Assembly: GCA_009103225.1 (NCBI GenBank)
Contig: RHPI01002076.1
Coordinates: 1 to 64,000, forward strand
Reading direction: 5' to 3'
Length of the DNA stretch: 64,000 nt
Source: Chlorokybus atmophyticus
Taxonomy: Eukaryota; Plantae; Mesostigma and Chlorokybus algae
Shown piece after piece: positions 51,750 to 64,000 of this stretch (position 1 is its first letter; the number at the start of each line of letters is the position of its first letter). The translations under genes and the position numbers were made by a program. The notes under the pieces are model-generated. The model saw only the letters and a list, made by a program, of their open reading frames with translations, was not told the origin of the DNA and did not search any database.

Positions 51750-53960
51750 GGGTCAAACTGTACGAAGCCTGAAACTGCCAGCTGTCTCAGCTGCGGCAGT
51801 GATCATGCGGACGGTGGAGCCACTGCCCACTACACAACCAAACGGCCAGAAGGCTGTCAGTGCCAGTCTCTGGTCGTCAATGAGCGTGGCCGACTGCACT
51901 AGGCGATATCTAGTGGTGATGTCGTTGAAGCTGCGCGCGGTCTCTGAAATGCACACAACACCTTGTGTTGTATTTTGGGCAAGGAAACAGTCAACGTTGA
52001 CCATAGATGACATGCGTGCTGGTTAAGCTGACCTGTTGGTGTCGGTGGAGTACGTAGCTGTGGCACGACAGCACACACGTCAATGCTCGTTCACCTTTAA
52101 CAGGAAGACCCTGGTTTCCTGGCGCCAGAGTTGACGCCCACAATCAAAACTCCCTCGTGCAGTATCAGATCAAACCACACCTTGAACACAACAATTATCA
52201 ACATTATGCCTGAGCCAGTACTACATGCACTGTTGCCGCATACTTGAAGTCGAAGAGGTAGTCGCGGGCAACGGGTGGGTGCAGGTGGGAGTTGAATGGC
52301 GCGCACACGCCGCTGAGACGCCCTGTTGCACACGTGCAGTAGCGTGTCATCATCTCCGCAGCCGTGCAGCGTGTGAGCATCCATGGCCAGAGACTTGTAA
52401 CCGTGCTCATATTCAGCGTGGAACACTTGCTTGCGAGCGAGCATGTCTCATATCTCGAGTGTGCTTTGATCGATGGGGCGTTGAAAGCGTCATGCAGGCT
52501 GGCCGAATACCAAGTGTTCCTAAGCACCCATAATGACGGCAAACTCCGCGGTGTTATTGTAGAGTTTAAAGCAGAGTGGGTAGACTGCCCCCTCCAGCAG
52601 TGGTTCCACCCGCTTGCTCGCCATAACTCCACGCAGCTGCGCGTCCCTCACTCGCACCTACAACGGGCCAAAGCACACATCAACACGCCGTCAGCGGCTG
52701 CCTGTGCTCGCGCGGGGGGGGGNNNNNNNNNNNNNNNNNNNNNNNNNNNNNNNNNNNNNNNNNNNNNNNNNNNNNNNNNNNNNNNNNNNNNNNNNNNNNN
52801 NNNNNNNNNNNNNNNNNNNNNNNNNNNNNNNNNNNNNNNNNNNNNNNNNNNNNNNNNNNNNNNNNNNNNNNNNNNNNNNNNNNNNNNNNNGGGGGGGGGG
52901 GGAGGTAGGTATCCTTCATGGCAACTTGCACAATGCACGGAAGCTTGTGGTTCGGCTGGGTGCGGGCGAGGAGCTGGCCATACAATATGTGCCAGAGGTA
53001 CATTGCGCCATTGCTGTCGCCAGCAATTACGCGGTCCTTGTGTCCGCTCATGACAAAGTTGGTATAACAGTCATTTCCCGACAATACTTGCAGCTCGTGT
53101 ACTGACACCACTCTCTACATCCCAAACGGTGAGGCTCACGTCAGGAGCGCTGGTTGCAGGCAGCTCCTGTAGCAAAACCAGTTGCCCCTCGTGCGAATAC
53201 GCACCCAACACCCGATGGCTCTTCTGGTCTGAGGGGCAGATGACAATGTCATGCAAACCGTTACAAGAGTGAGCACACAAGCAATGTGTATGCGTGCAGT
53301 GCAATGCACCTTTCTTTTCAGTCCACCATTCTGCAGTTGCGAAGCGGCCTTGCCGCCAGCTGCAGTGCGCACATGCCGTCCTGGCGTATGCATGCGTCCA
53401 CGTCTCGGTGCTGCTGCTGCTGCTGCTGGCTTGATGCTTTCCGGGCACAATGCCCTCCCCTTCACATAGCTCACGCGACAGAGTTTCCGAGCGCGCAGCA
53501 TCCCGCCATGATCTGCATGCAAGCAAGATGCGCTGGTCACTGTTCAATAATACTCAAGTATGTGTATCTACCGTGCAAAGCGGTTGCGCATTGACACGGT
53601 CCTTGCTGGTCGCATGCATACATGGCACCAGTTAAGTGTGCCTAGCAAAAGGCCTGTCACATGTATGCGGCCAGTAAGTTACTGGCCGCATACATGTCGG
53701 ATTGCAACTGCCTAGGACCTGCCTAGGGTCTGCCTAGGATCTGCTTAAATGCTGCAGAACTTACCACTGGCTTGCAAGCACTGAGACTGCGAAGATGGAT
53801 CACAGCATGCAAACCCATTGACTCTTTCTCACAGCTAAAGATAAGGGCAAGGAAAACCAGCAGCCTGTGCTTGTGGCATAGTTCAACACAGTACATGACG
53901 ACAAACAGTTGGGCATGCACACAGCAACCAAGCAGCCGAGCGTCTTGATGCGAATTCACA
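51750..53960 (-). pseudogene. Possible F-box/WD40-repeat gene remnant
   Basis: WD-like pieces (GHKDRVIAGDSNGAMYLWHI; DVSLTVWDVESG; SLAMDAHTLHGCGDDDTL) downstream of an F-box-like stretch (LALIFSC...LRSLSACK). Weak, judged by eye. Confidence 0.4.
53659..53744. repeat. Perfect 19-bp inverted repeat (1-nt loop) followed by three 11-bp tandem CTGCCTAGG units
   Basis: ACATGTATGCGGCCAGTAA-G-TTACTGGCCGCATACATGT (53659-53697), then CTGCCTAGGAC, CTGCCTAGGGT, CTGCCTAGGAT. Confidence 0.9.
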
Positions 53961-56900
53961 AACACGTGCCACAGTCAGCCTCAACGGCACACAGCGGCGG
54001 CAACGCCAGCAGTCTTAACCCCAGCAAGGACGAATGCGTGCACCAGACCAAGCTCGGGCAGCGCCGCCCACCTTGTCGCCGTGGCTGTGTCGCGGCTGCG
54101 CGGTGAGGGTGCAAGCCGCTTTCTGCGGCTGAAGCATCCACCGTTCTTGCCTCGCTTACCACCGCAACTGGCAACAACCTGCCTGCGCAGAGTCTTGGGT
54201 GGATTGCTGCTGCTGCTACTTGTGCTCGGTACCTGCTGAACCATCGCTGCTGCTTTCTTCTTAATGGCCGCGTGCTTGCTCCTCTGTCAAGGCCACTCCA
54301 TGGCAATGCTGTCGTTCTCAGAAGGCTTGCACGCTGCTTGTCAGGCCCTTGCTTGCTTCACATGACCACAACGACACCAACGCAGCTGAGGCACATGCAT
54401 GCAATGCAGTAAGACATGCTGGGCGGGCGCGAGGCAAGCACCTAAACTTACTGCAGCAGCGATAGCGGAGCACCCGAGGCGATAACGCAGCGCCGACGAC
54501 AGCTGGCGGCCGACACCTTCAGTAAGAAAGGCGGTGCAATGTAAGCCTCAGGTGTCAAGCCTCTCAGAGTGATTGTCCATCGATTTGTGCGCCGGCAGAC
54601 AGGCAGGCTAGAACTTACTGTGTTTCTCAGTTCGCCGCCGTGATGTGACTGACGTCAGTACCTGCCTGAGTTGACGATTTGCTGCTTGCGGGAGCAGCTG
54701 GAGCCCATCCAACAAGTTGTGTAGTTATGCAGCATTGCAGGCTCATCTGTAGCAATTTCATGGTTGCATGTGTGGTTTGCATGCCAGATATGGTAGGCAA
54801 GGCAAGTAAGGCGACCTTCACTCGATCAAGTTGATGGTGCGCTCACTTTGCTGTTGCTGTCGGGAGAGACGAAGCTTTGCGCCGTCGATCCACCACCGGG
54901 TAGGAGACCCATCTGAACATGGAGAAGCCAAGTTGCCGGTGCGGGAGCCACACCTGACTTTGGTGCCAGTGTCTGAGTCTTCAGCACCTGCCTGCTTTGG
55001 TGCGTCAGCGCCCGCCTTGTGCCCATGGAAAATCTTAGACCAAAACATCAACTCCATGATGCGCCTGCATTCAAAGCTTACTAACATGCAGGACGAATCC
55101 TCACCAAGCCAGACTTCAATCGTTAGCTCAAGCACCTGCCTTGACACTCTACTGTCGTTTGCAAACACTTCGTGTGCCTGCTGGCAGGATGAAGTGGCTG
55201 ACCTGCTGGAGTTGGCCAGAAATTCAGTTGTGACAATATCAAAAACATTTGTATGGTCGCTGTGAGGGTTTTGCCACTGAGCCAACGCCAACTTCTCTGC
55301 TGCCATGCGTGGCGAGGACGACTGTGCTGGCGGACATACACAACCTGCAGAGCCTTCGTCAGCACAACATCTCTAGGCTGAATGCCTGGGAGTTTGAATG
55401 GGTCGTGTAAGGAACTCCTGCGGGACTGCTGCACGGATACGGTGCTCGAGGTCATGTGTCATCATCTTGGCAAAGAGCGGGATGGAGCGAGCACACTGGA
55501 TCCTTTCCGGTTCGGTCAGTACTAAAGCCATGGTGTCAGCTTGTCAAACACTCAAGTTGTTGGAGTATACAACCACAAGCAGACTGAACTCGAACGTGTT
55601 GCGGTCATCTGGCACGTGTGGCAGATGTATGTGCCTGTTGCATGCTCGCCCTCGAGTTGCTACTGTTGCAAGCATGTGATCATCTGCAAACAATTCATCT
55701 TTGCATGTAACCACCAATCATGCATCTCGTCGCCGCCACGACCGCCAACCACTGAGGCGTACGCGGTGCTGGCTTCAGCATGAGCGTGCTGGGCGTCATC
55801 GTGATGATGAGGGCAGCGTGCGCACGGCGAGATGACAAAAGCGGGGTGACGCTGAGGGTAGTGTGAGGTGTGTAAAGTTCTGGGGGGATGTGTACGCGTC
55901 CTGTGGGATATGTGTGATGTGTGGTGTAAGACGTGTGTTGTGTCACAACCACCAACACTGCAATCAGCAGCCTGATGAGCTTGCAGCCCCACCTCCGCTC
56001 TGTACTGGCTGGCTGCCATCAAGTTGACAACGGGCAGCGACACAGGCAAGCTGTTGCCTGTCTGTTAGTTTGCAGTACGCTGGGATTCATTGTGATCCTG
56101 ATTTGTAGGTGGAGGGGGTGGGGGTGGGGGTGGGGGAGCAGACTGTGCATGGGTCGCATGTGAGAGTGCGCGCACATGCAAGTATGGAATGCAATGTTGT
56201 TTGTCAAAGCTTGCGTCCTGTGTAGTGCTGTTGCGTGCGTGCAATGTGTATGTGCGTATGCGCGTGTGCTCCCGCACGCATGTGTTTGTGTCCTTCACAG
56301 GCACAGGCACGATTAATAAAAACAACAGCAAGTTCAGCCAAACTTGTGCAGGCGCCTGAGTGCACGGTGCACGTGAGAACTACAGAAGCACTGTCATGCA
56401 TGCGCATCTGTAAATCCTTGCCGACTTTCGTGAATTAAGAACCAGCTCATTTAGAGCATCAGTCGCAATGTTCAAGTGAGCAGAAGCGGGTGCACATGTC
56501 ATCTGACAGTGTTTGCGTCAGACAGATACCCGTCTACTCACGCAACAACACACGCACGCAACAACACAGCAGCTCGCATCATGTCACGCCTCTTCCTTGC
56601 AACACTTTGCCTCCTGCTGCTCACACCCGGCGCCGAGCAGGTGTGACCAGTCTGCGACGGGTACAATATGGGTACAATATTCATGACTAGCGTTAAGGTG
56701 CTGACTTGTTGCTTTGATTTGTTTATGGACAAAAGAGGTCTGGACCGCTCTGATGCTGACTCATGCTTGTTAATGTACTCAGGATCGTGCTCGGGAGACT
56801 CTCATATACGCGGTGCGTGACTATCTCGAGAGCACAAGCCCCATCAAAGGCTCAAGTGCAACCTCTGGTGCTGAGAGGAGTACAATGACATTGCGGCTTG

Positions 56901-59638
56901 AACAAGATTTTTGCTCAGGTTGGGGATGATGACCACATTGTGGTTTCCCCGTCTTGCTGCTTGTCTCTGTCCGAGGGAACGGTTGTATCAGGCACTTGAA
57001 ATTGTCCGGTTGTCCTGGTAAAGCTGGGTCACTTATGCGTGTGCGGCATATAGACAAGAGCAGAGCACGACGTGCCGTGCATTACAATACAGACACTTTG
57101 CTGAAATGTAGTATACTGCAGGTGTGTGACGAGCAGTATGAAGAGACGTCGATGTCTCTTTGTCATAACATCTGCTATGCAGTACCTTGCGTCCCAATCC
57201 TAAGCGTGCACATGCCCCGCGTGCCGCCCGCAGGGGCGGGGGGTAGGAAGGGAGGCGTTTCCAATCGGTCTGTGCTGCAATTGGTTACGAATCAAGCACC
57301 TACAAACAACATAATAATGGCATTACCTTCTTCAGTCATGCGTGCAGCAATTGTCGCACATATGTGTGCCTCCTCTCAGCACAACACGCACGTGCGCACG
57401 CACGCACGCACGCCACCACAGCGGAAACAGCTCCATGCGTTTCTGTCTTTATGGCTGGCCACGTGCATGATGCTATACTGCTGCCCATAAGCTGCGTGGC
57501 GCTGGGAATGGCAGACAGCATGACGAAGTCGTGGTGATGAGGTGAGTACCACAGGTGTTCATAAATCTCTGCAACTATTGTGCGAGGACAGTCACCCGAG
57601 CCGCGATCCAACAGCAGAAGGGCGTCGGCGTCACAGGAGGCTTTTACACACTATTTGTTTTCTTATGCATGCAGCTAGGTTATACATGAATACCCTTTCC
57701 ATACGCGCCATACACATGCAGCAGCAGAGGTGCGCTGCCGTCAGGATGCGTTCCGCCAAGCAACAGCAAGCCCATAAGTTGTATAACATCGTGTACAAGC
57801 AACAGTGTCACACGCACACGCACACGCACACGTATACGCACGCACAGACAGTGGCTCCGGTGTACTCACATACACACCAACCTGCGTTTCCTCGTTACTG
57901 TTACTGGCATGCTGGTCCCGTCTCGCGCTAGTGCATGCATGCGCTCAGCCATATAATCCTTCGCATTGTGGCCGGGCACTTCCACATGTCCGACAGCTTT
58001 CAGTTTGCCGGCGCGCATGTCATAGTCGAAATACACTGTTGTCTGCATGAAACAGGAAGATTGAGTAATGTTGGCGAGTGGATTGAGGTAGCAGTGGTCG
58101 GTGAACCTACTGTTGGCGTGGATATGCTCAGACCCAAAGTCGCGGCGTTGAAGTTGGCGATGGCACAGAGCAGGCCTTGTGCGGTAAACTGATGTATGGA
58201 GTGCCGTCTCCACGCACGCACGCACGCACACACGCATACACTGCCACACGCACGCACAAGCACGCAGTCAAACACACACGCACGCATATGCATGCTCGCA
58301 CGAGGAAGATATGTCTCCTTCACCCATACACGTACTCACAAGGAAACCTACCCTCTACGCCACACACCCCACCTACTTCACGGCCTCCTTTCTCCCTCAC
58401 CCCCCACTTGGACGGGTGCTTGCTGATGTAGCAGGTCCGGCGCGACCTTCAAGGGGTAGGTCGCGCCGGACGCGTTGGTGAGGAGGTGAGTGAAGTCCAT
58501 GTGCAAACGGCAATGGGAGTGACAGTACATGCATTAACAGTGCGTGTGCACACGAGCGCACGTACAAAGCAAAGCACGCACGCCAACGCATGCGCCTTTG
58601 TGCATGCATGTGTATGTTGAAGTGTGCATGCATGTGATCCACATGGCGTGCACTTGTGCATGTGCTGGGGCGTCACACAATACGCGCTTGTACACCTGAC
58701 ACGAGATACAAATACCTGTACCAGCAGTGGTTTGGAGAAGGGTTGGCGGGCATCTCCAGCAGATGCACCTGCAGGTGCAGCACACAATCAGACACACAAA
58801 CGCACAAACGTCAACTCACACTTCTCACCACCAGAACCCGACACTGCCAACCCACAATGGATCCCTCTCCCTGCCTCAGATGAGGTCTTCGAGTTAGTAT
58901 TGAGTGTCATAATTGCTCAGTCCTTGCTCCTGCTCACGTCAAACCGCGCCAGATCGCGCTCGGTGAGAGGTATCAGGTCATCGTGTCGTGGACTTCCTGA
59001 GCTGGTGCATGTGTGAGTATGCATGTTGCGTTGCAGTGCTGGTCATGCGGGCGTTTGCATGCATGTGTACACGGACATACGCATATGCATATGTATGTTC
59101 ACAATGCACATGTCTCGATGCGCAACTTGTGCGCATCCGATTCGGAAGTCCACAATTCTCGATGTGCAACTTGTGTATACGGGGAAACACACACGTGCAC
59201 GCAGGCCCGCCCGCGCCCGCCCGCGCCCGCCCGCACATGTCCGCATATGCGTGTGTATGCGCTCGCACATTGCTGTACAGAGTTTATGCGAGCGCCAAGT
59301 CCTAGACATTGCATACCCATCCGTCGCGCCCGCACCCTCCACAGTCGGTTGAAGTCGTTATCCGGTTCAGCGTACAGCAGCGCAGCAGCTCCCTTACCGC
59401 TTGCATCATCACCAGCACTCCACTCAACGCCGACCACATTCGTTGCGAACCACGTTCTATACATCTGCCTGCGCACATGGGTTGAACCGAGCACAACAAT
59501 AAGTGGAACGTTGCGAACTTCACCCTCTCAGCAGAGAATGTGTGCATGCACATGCGCACATATGTCTGTGCGCGTCCCTCCTCAATCCCTTTATGCCCTC
59601 CGCACGTATTGGCTGCCAATCTGCTGAACAGCTCTCCT

Positions 59639-59823
<185 letters not shown>

Positions 59824-60059
59824 NGCGCAAAGAACGTCCGCCACGGCATCATGGTTGCGTGCAATGCATGTGTGTGTTTGTGGTTGTGTTGTCATGGTCG
59901 TCGCAAGATAGCATCGGTTGAGCAGGTCAGTGCACAAGAAAGGAAGTTCGTCAGGAGGGCGTGTATGTATGTACATGCGTGTATCCGTTCATATCCATAT
60001 GCGTGTGCGTGTGCGCATGCACTTGTGCGTGTGTGCATTGTGTGCTCGTGTATGCAGCG

Positions 60060-63000
60060 GAAGGAGGGATGACCGGAAGAGGGTGGCGGGTGACGAGGTA
60101 GAGAGAGAAGGTGGGGGAGAGGTCCACGTTGCTGTCGCCCACCTGAAAGGCAGTGGGTGGGTGGAGGGGTGGAGGTGCGTGCGTCCACATGTGTGCTCGT
60201 TCTCGAGGTCCACAATGTGATCACCCACCTGCACCACTGCAGGGCCGGCAAGCCCGTGAGCCAGCACCACCTCCTTTCTCAACAGTGGGTACAACATCGG
60301 CTCTACACTATCCACCTCCGTCACCACAAGCGTTATGCCAAACCTCACCGCCCAGTTCCAGCAACGTGACAAAGCGCGGGTCGTGCGCCACAATACTCTC
60401 CACCGCACGTCCCGGCACACTCTTGAGATAGTTCATCAACCATGCTGCGGCCTCCTCGGCGGGATCAATCAGCATCGGTACTGTGCACATGTGTGCCAGC
60501 AGTGCATGTGAAACGGCTGCAGGGTTGTCCGCGGCCGTATGTGAGGCGGGGAGACCCGATGCACGCCACTTCAACAGTTTGGACTCGGATGCGAGGAAGG
60601 AACTCAAGGAGAAGTTGAAGACACCCAACGCTGTTTGCCAAGCGCAGAGGGAGTCATGACGAGCTGACTCGGAGAGAGGGGACAAGTAGGCGATAAAACC
60701 GGCGGCAAGGAGGGAGGGGAGTGGGAGAGACTTAAGCTCTGCGCTCAGCGTGGGCACCTGCGCAGCCCAACGCTCTTGCCAGAAGATACAACACCAAGAC
60801 ATAACCATCAGGTTGTGGAGTCAATGCAGAAGGCGCATGCACACGCACGTACGAGCACGCACGCCTGCATGCGCGCGCGTGCACCCACACCCACACTCAT
60901 ACCCGCGTGTTCGACGCATAAGTGGAGTCAACACTGTTGCTTGTTCTCCTGCCAGTTTGGAAAGCAGGCTCTGTGCTGCTTCCAATTGCAGCGTGGCACT
61001 CGCCAGACTCAGCTTCAGCGCCTCGGCCTCATGCGTAAGCGATGCAAGATTATTCTTCAATTGTTGCACCTGCCATAACTACCACACACACAATCAGAGT
61101 CAGCAGACAAAACCACACATGCGCGCGCGCGCACGCACACATTGTGCGCACGCGCTCGCGTGCATGCGTGTATGTGCTCGCGCACGCGTGCACACACACA
61201 GACTGCTGTGATTGTGTTGCATGGCTCATTATCTAAGGCCGAGATGTCTTTCTGTCACGCAGCTAGGCGGTCTTTTGAGGTGGCGAGTCTCTGCGTAGGT
61301 TTTCGGTAGTCCCCCTCGAGCGTCTACGGACGGAATCGTGGACCGTCGCGTGACGGACGCTCGTCTTGACCCAGGAAGCTAAAGGGGTGGCGGTCACGGT
61401 GATGCGGAAGATGGTTGCGGGGTCGAAGGAGGAGGCCTGGGAGGAGCGAGTGTGTGTGTGTCTGTCTGTGTGTATGGGAGGGGCGGGGGGGGGGGGCTGA
61501 GATGAGATGTGGGTGTGTAGATTACGACGAGGATGCAGAGAGCGGGAGAGAGCAAGAAGGAGGCGGAAGCACTCAGTAAACTGGTTGCAGATATGTTGAG
61601 AGGTTCACTCTATGCATGCATGCGTGCATGCGTGCGTGCGCGCGTATGTGTGGGTCAATGCGTGCGCCCGTACAAGCGCACATCCGTGCGTGCGCATGCG
61701 TGCACTCGTGTATGTGTGACCTCGACACAGCGCATACATGCATGCGATTGCCATGCACTTCTACGCGCACGCGTGAGAATATACTCTTTATACACACGCA
61801 CACGATGCTCCACCAGCGTTGCACTCTACACACGAGTCACTTACNATACGGTGCTGTCTAAGCTCTGTATGGTTATTTGCCCATACGTTCAGTTCAATCC
61901 CTCTGCTCGTCTCATGATCTAGTTTTTCACGCTCTTTGCCCCAGGAATTTCTTCATGCTGCTCCGGCTTGTAGTTGCCCATCAGTCTCGCAGCAACCCCT
62001 CCAGCATGTCGCGGAGAAGACTCGAGCGAGGGTTGGACGGAATGGAGAGAGTCGTCATACGCTTTCAAGTCAGCTCTTCCTCTGCGAGTGTAAGTGACTC
62101 GTGTGTAGAGTGCAACGCTGGTGGAGCATCGTGTGCGTGTGTATAAAGAGTATATTCTCACGCGTGCGCGTAGAAGTGCATGGCAATCGCATGCATGTAT
62201 GCGCTGTGTCGAGGTCACACATACACGAGTGCACGCATGCGCACGCACGGATGTGCGCTTGTACGGGCGCACGCATTGACCCACACATACGCGCGCACGC
62301 ACGCATGCACGCATGCATGCATAGAGTGAACCTCTCAACATATCTGCAACCAGTTTACTGAGTGCTTCCGCCTCCTTCTTGCTCTCTCCCGCTCTCTGCA
62401 TCCTCGTCGTAATCTACACACCCACATCTCATCTCAGCCCCCACCCACGCAAACCCCTGCGTATGTCATCTCTTATCATCACCATCTCCAGCGCCTCTTC
62501 CGCCTGACCCCCCTTCTCCCCCAGCGCCCTCCTCGGGCCCTCGACGGGGAGAAGATACACAACATAGGTAAATGCATTGCAGGATGTCTTACTGCGTATG
62601 CGCTTGTAAGAGCGACCATGCGTGTGGGTGTGGGCGTGGGCGTGGGTGCATGTGACTGGGAGGACAGTTGGAACGTATCAATGCACACCGAGCAGGAGCT
62701 GAGGAAGGCCACAACTGTCTGTAGTTTGTAAGTGACGTATAGTACAGAGAGTGTCATGTGTACATGTGCTTTGTGGTTATGACACGCTTATGTACACGCA
62801 AACTACAAGCCCACGGCTATCCTCCAGGGCTATCCTCCTCATCCTCCTCCATCTTCCCCCCCCCCCTCAACATCTCCCTCGTCACTCCCTCAACCCCACC
62901 CCATCCCACCCATCCATCCACTGCACCGAACATGCCTGGAGCAGCGCCGGGTTGGCTGACCTCAAGACGGGACGTGAATAGAGATAGAGTCGCACGGGTT

Positions 63001-63720
63001 CTAAGATGAGAACGAGGTGGAGGAGTTGGAACGGACGCGGGAGAAGAAGATGGAGTAGAGGGTGCGGTGGTGGCAATCATGCGGTGGTCATGCAGTCCTG
63101 GAGAGGGGGAATGATAATGAGGGTTTGAGTGGTTGGGAGTGGGGTAGTGCTAGGAGCCCTCCATTAGCGTGACATGTGTGTGTGTGCGCGCGCGCGCGCG
63201 CGCGCGTTCGTAAATGTATATGACATTATATGCGCGTGTGTGCGCGACGTTTATTAGCGTGCATATGTGTGTGCGCGCATGTGTGCGCGCGTGACGTGGC
63301 ATTTCATGTTCACGCACACAATGTCACTTTTGGTGGCGTACTTCTCACGCATTTGAGTAGCGACACACTAATGATGCTAGTTCAACACCACACGCCAATA
63401 CCACAACAACAGAATCAAACCCCACAAGGCCACACCCGGGTGGAGGGAGCCGACGTCGGGGCGAGAGAGGACGCGGTTGAAACGGGCCAGGGAGGGCAGC
63501 ATCTGACGGATGTGTATGTTACACATGTTGGACGTGGTGCACATGTTACAAGTTGTACCTCAAGGAAGAGGAGGTCCCGCTGTTGGTCTTCACGTGCGTA
63601 CAAGTGCATTATCGGTTTGTCAACCATGGCCTTGAAATCTTCCGTCGTCACAAACCTCAACTTCTCTCCCCCCGACACACCATTACCATTGCCACCACCA
63701 CCCTCACCCGCTCCCTTTCT
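60060..63720 (-). pseudogene. DYNC2H1: Cytoplasmic dynein-2 (IFT dynein) heavy chain remnant, AAA4, stalk and AAA5
   Basis: ARFNRVLSRP; SANPALLQACSVQWMDGW; VQPSLES; ASSFDPATIFR...PLASWVK; SLLAAGFIAYL; FLASESKLLKWRASGLP; LIDPAEEAAAWL; AVRFGITLVVTEVDSVEPMLYPLLRK. These match dynein-2/DHC1b better than axonemal chains. Frameshifted. Confidence 0.75.
61491..62443. repeat. Apparently identical local inverted duplication (61491-61844 vs 62090-62443), likely an assembly artefact
   Basis: The arms are reverse complements; the left arm is bounded by a poly-G run and a single N at about 61845. Confidence 0.7.
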
Positions 63721-64000
63721 CCCTGCCCGCGTACGTGACCCACACGCCGTCCTCCTTGTCTGAATTAACACCTCCAACGGTAGCGAGCTTGTCGGCTATG
63801 ATGGTGGTGGGAGAATCTAAGCCGTAGCGAGAGCGACCCTGCATGAGGTACGATTGTCAATGAAAGGAGCCCAACAATACATGTGCGCGTGAGTGAAGGT
63901 GTGTACTCGTGTGTGTGCGCGTGTCTACGTGTCCATATCATTGTACCGCGCATGCATGTGTCCCTGTGTGTGCGCGTGCGCATGTGTGCGACTGTAAGTA

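Noticed and set aside
61491-62443. Biological hairpin or MITE formed by the local inverted duplication
   Set aside because: The arms look identical and are bounded by poly-G and a lone N inside a dynein intron/exon, which is typical of scaffolding or gap-fill duplication.

Overview
Eukaryotic nuclear scaffold with seven N-gaps. From memory, the 18S sequence looks green-plant/streptophyte-alga-like; this has not been database-checked. The window opens with one rDNA transcription unit on the minus strand (18S, ITS1, 5.8S, ITS2, 5' part of LSU). Only about 100 bp of upstream spacer follow it, then a degenerate 18S fragment. Most of the rest is frameshifted host-gene remnants with GT/CA-microsatellite-rich introns: three axonemal dynein heavy-chain pieces, an IFT dynein-2 heavy-chain piece, copine, eIF2B-alpha and a possible F-box/WD40 gene. 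It also holds a large diverged inverted duplication (about 3.9-11.2 kb vs 19.4-24.0 kb). Three multi-exon genes with short GT-AG introns splice fully in frame when assembled by hand, and the ORF track misses their structure. (1) A 399-aa protein joining a basic N-terminus, an AP2 DNA-binding domain and a double-motif LAGLIDADG homing-endonuclease domain, lying in the spacer of the inverted duplication; this is the main candidate for a novel system. (2) A roughly 418-aa protein joining a Walker-A motif to a staphylococcal nuclease domain with its catalytic residues intact. (3) A compact SET-like protein. No CRISPR array, tRNA or recognisable transposase/RT was seen.
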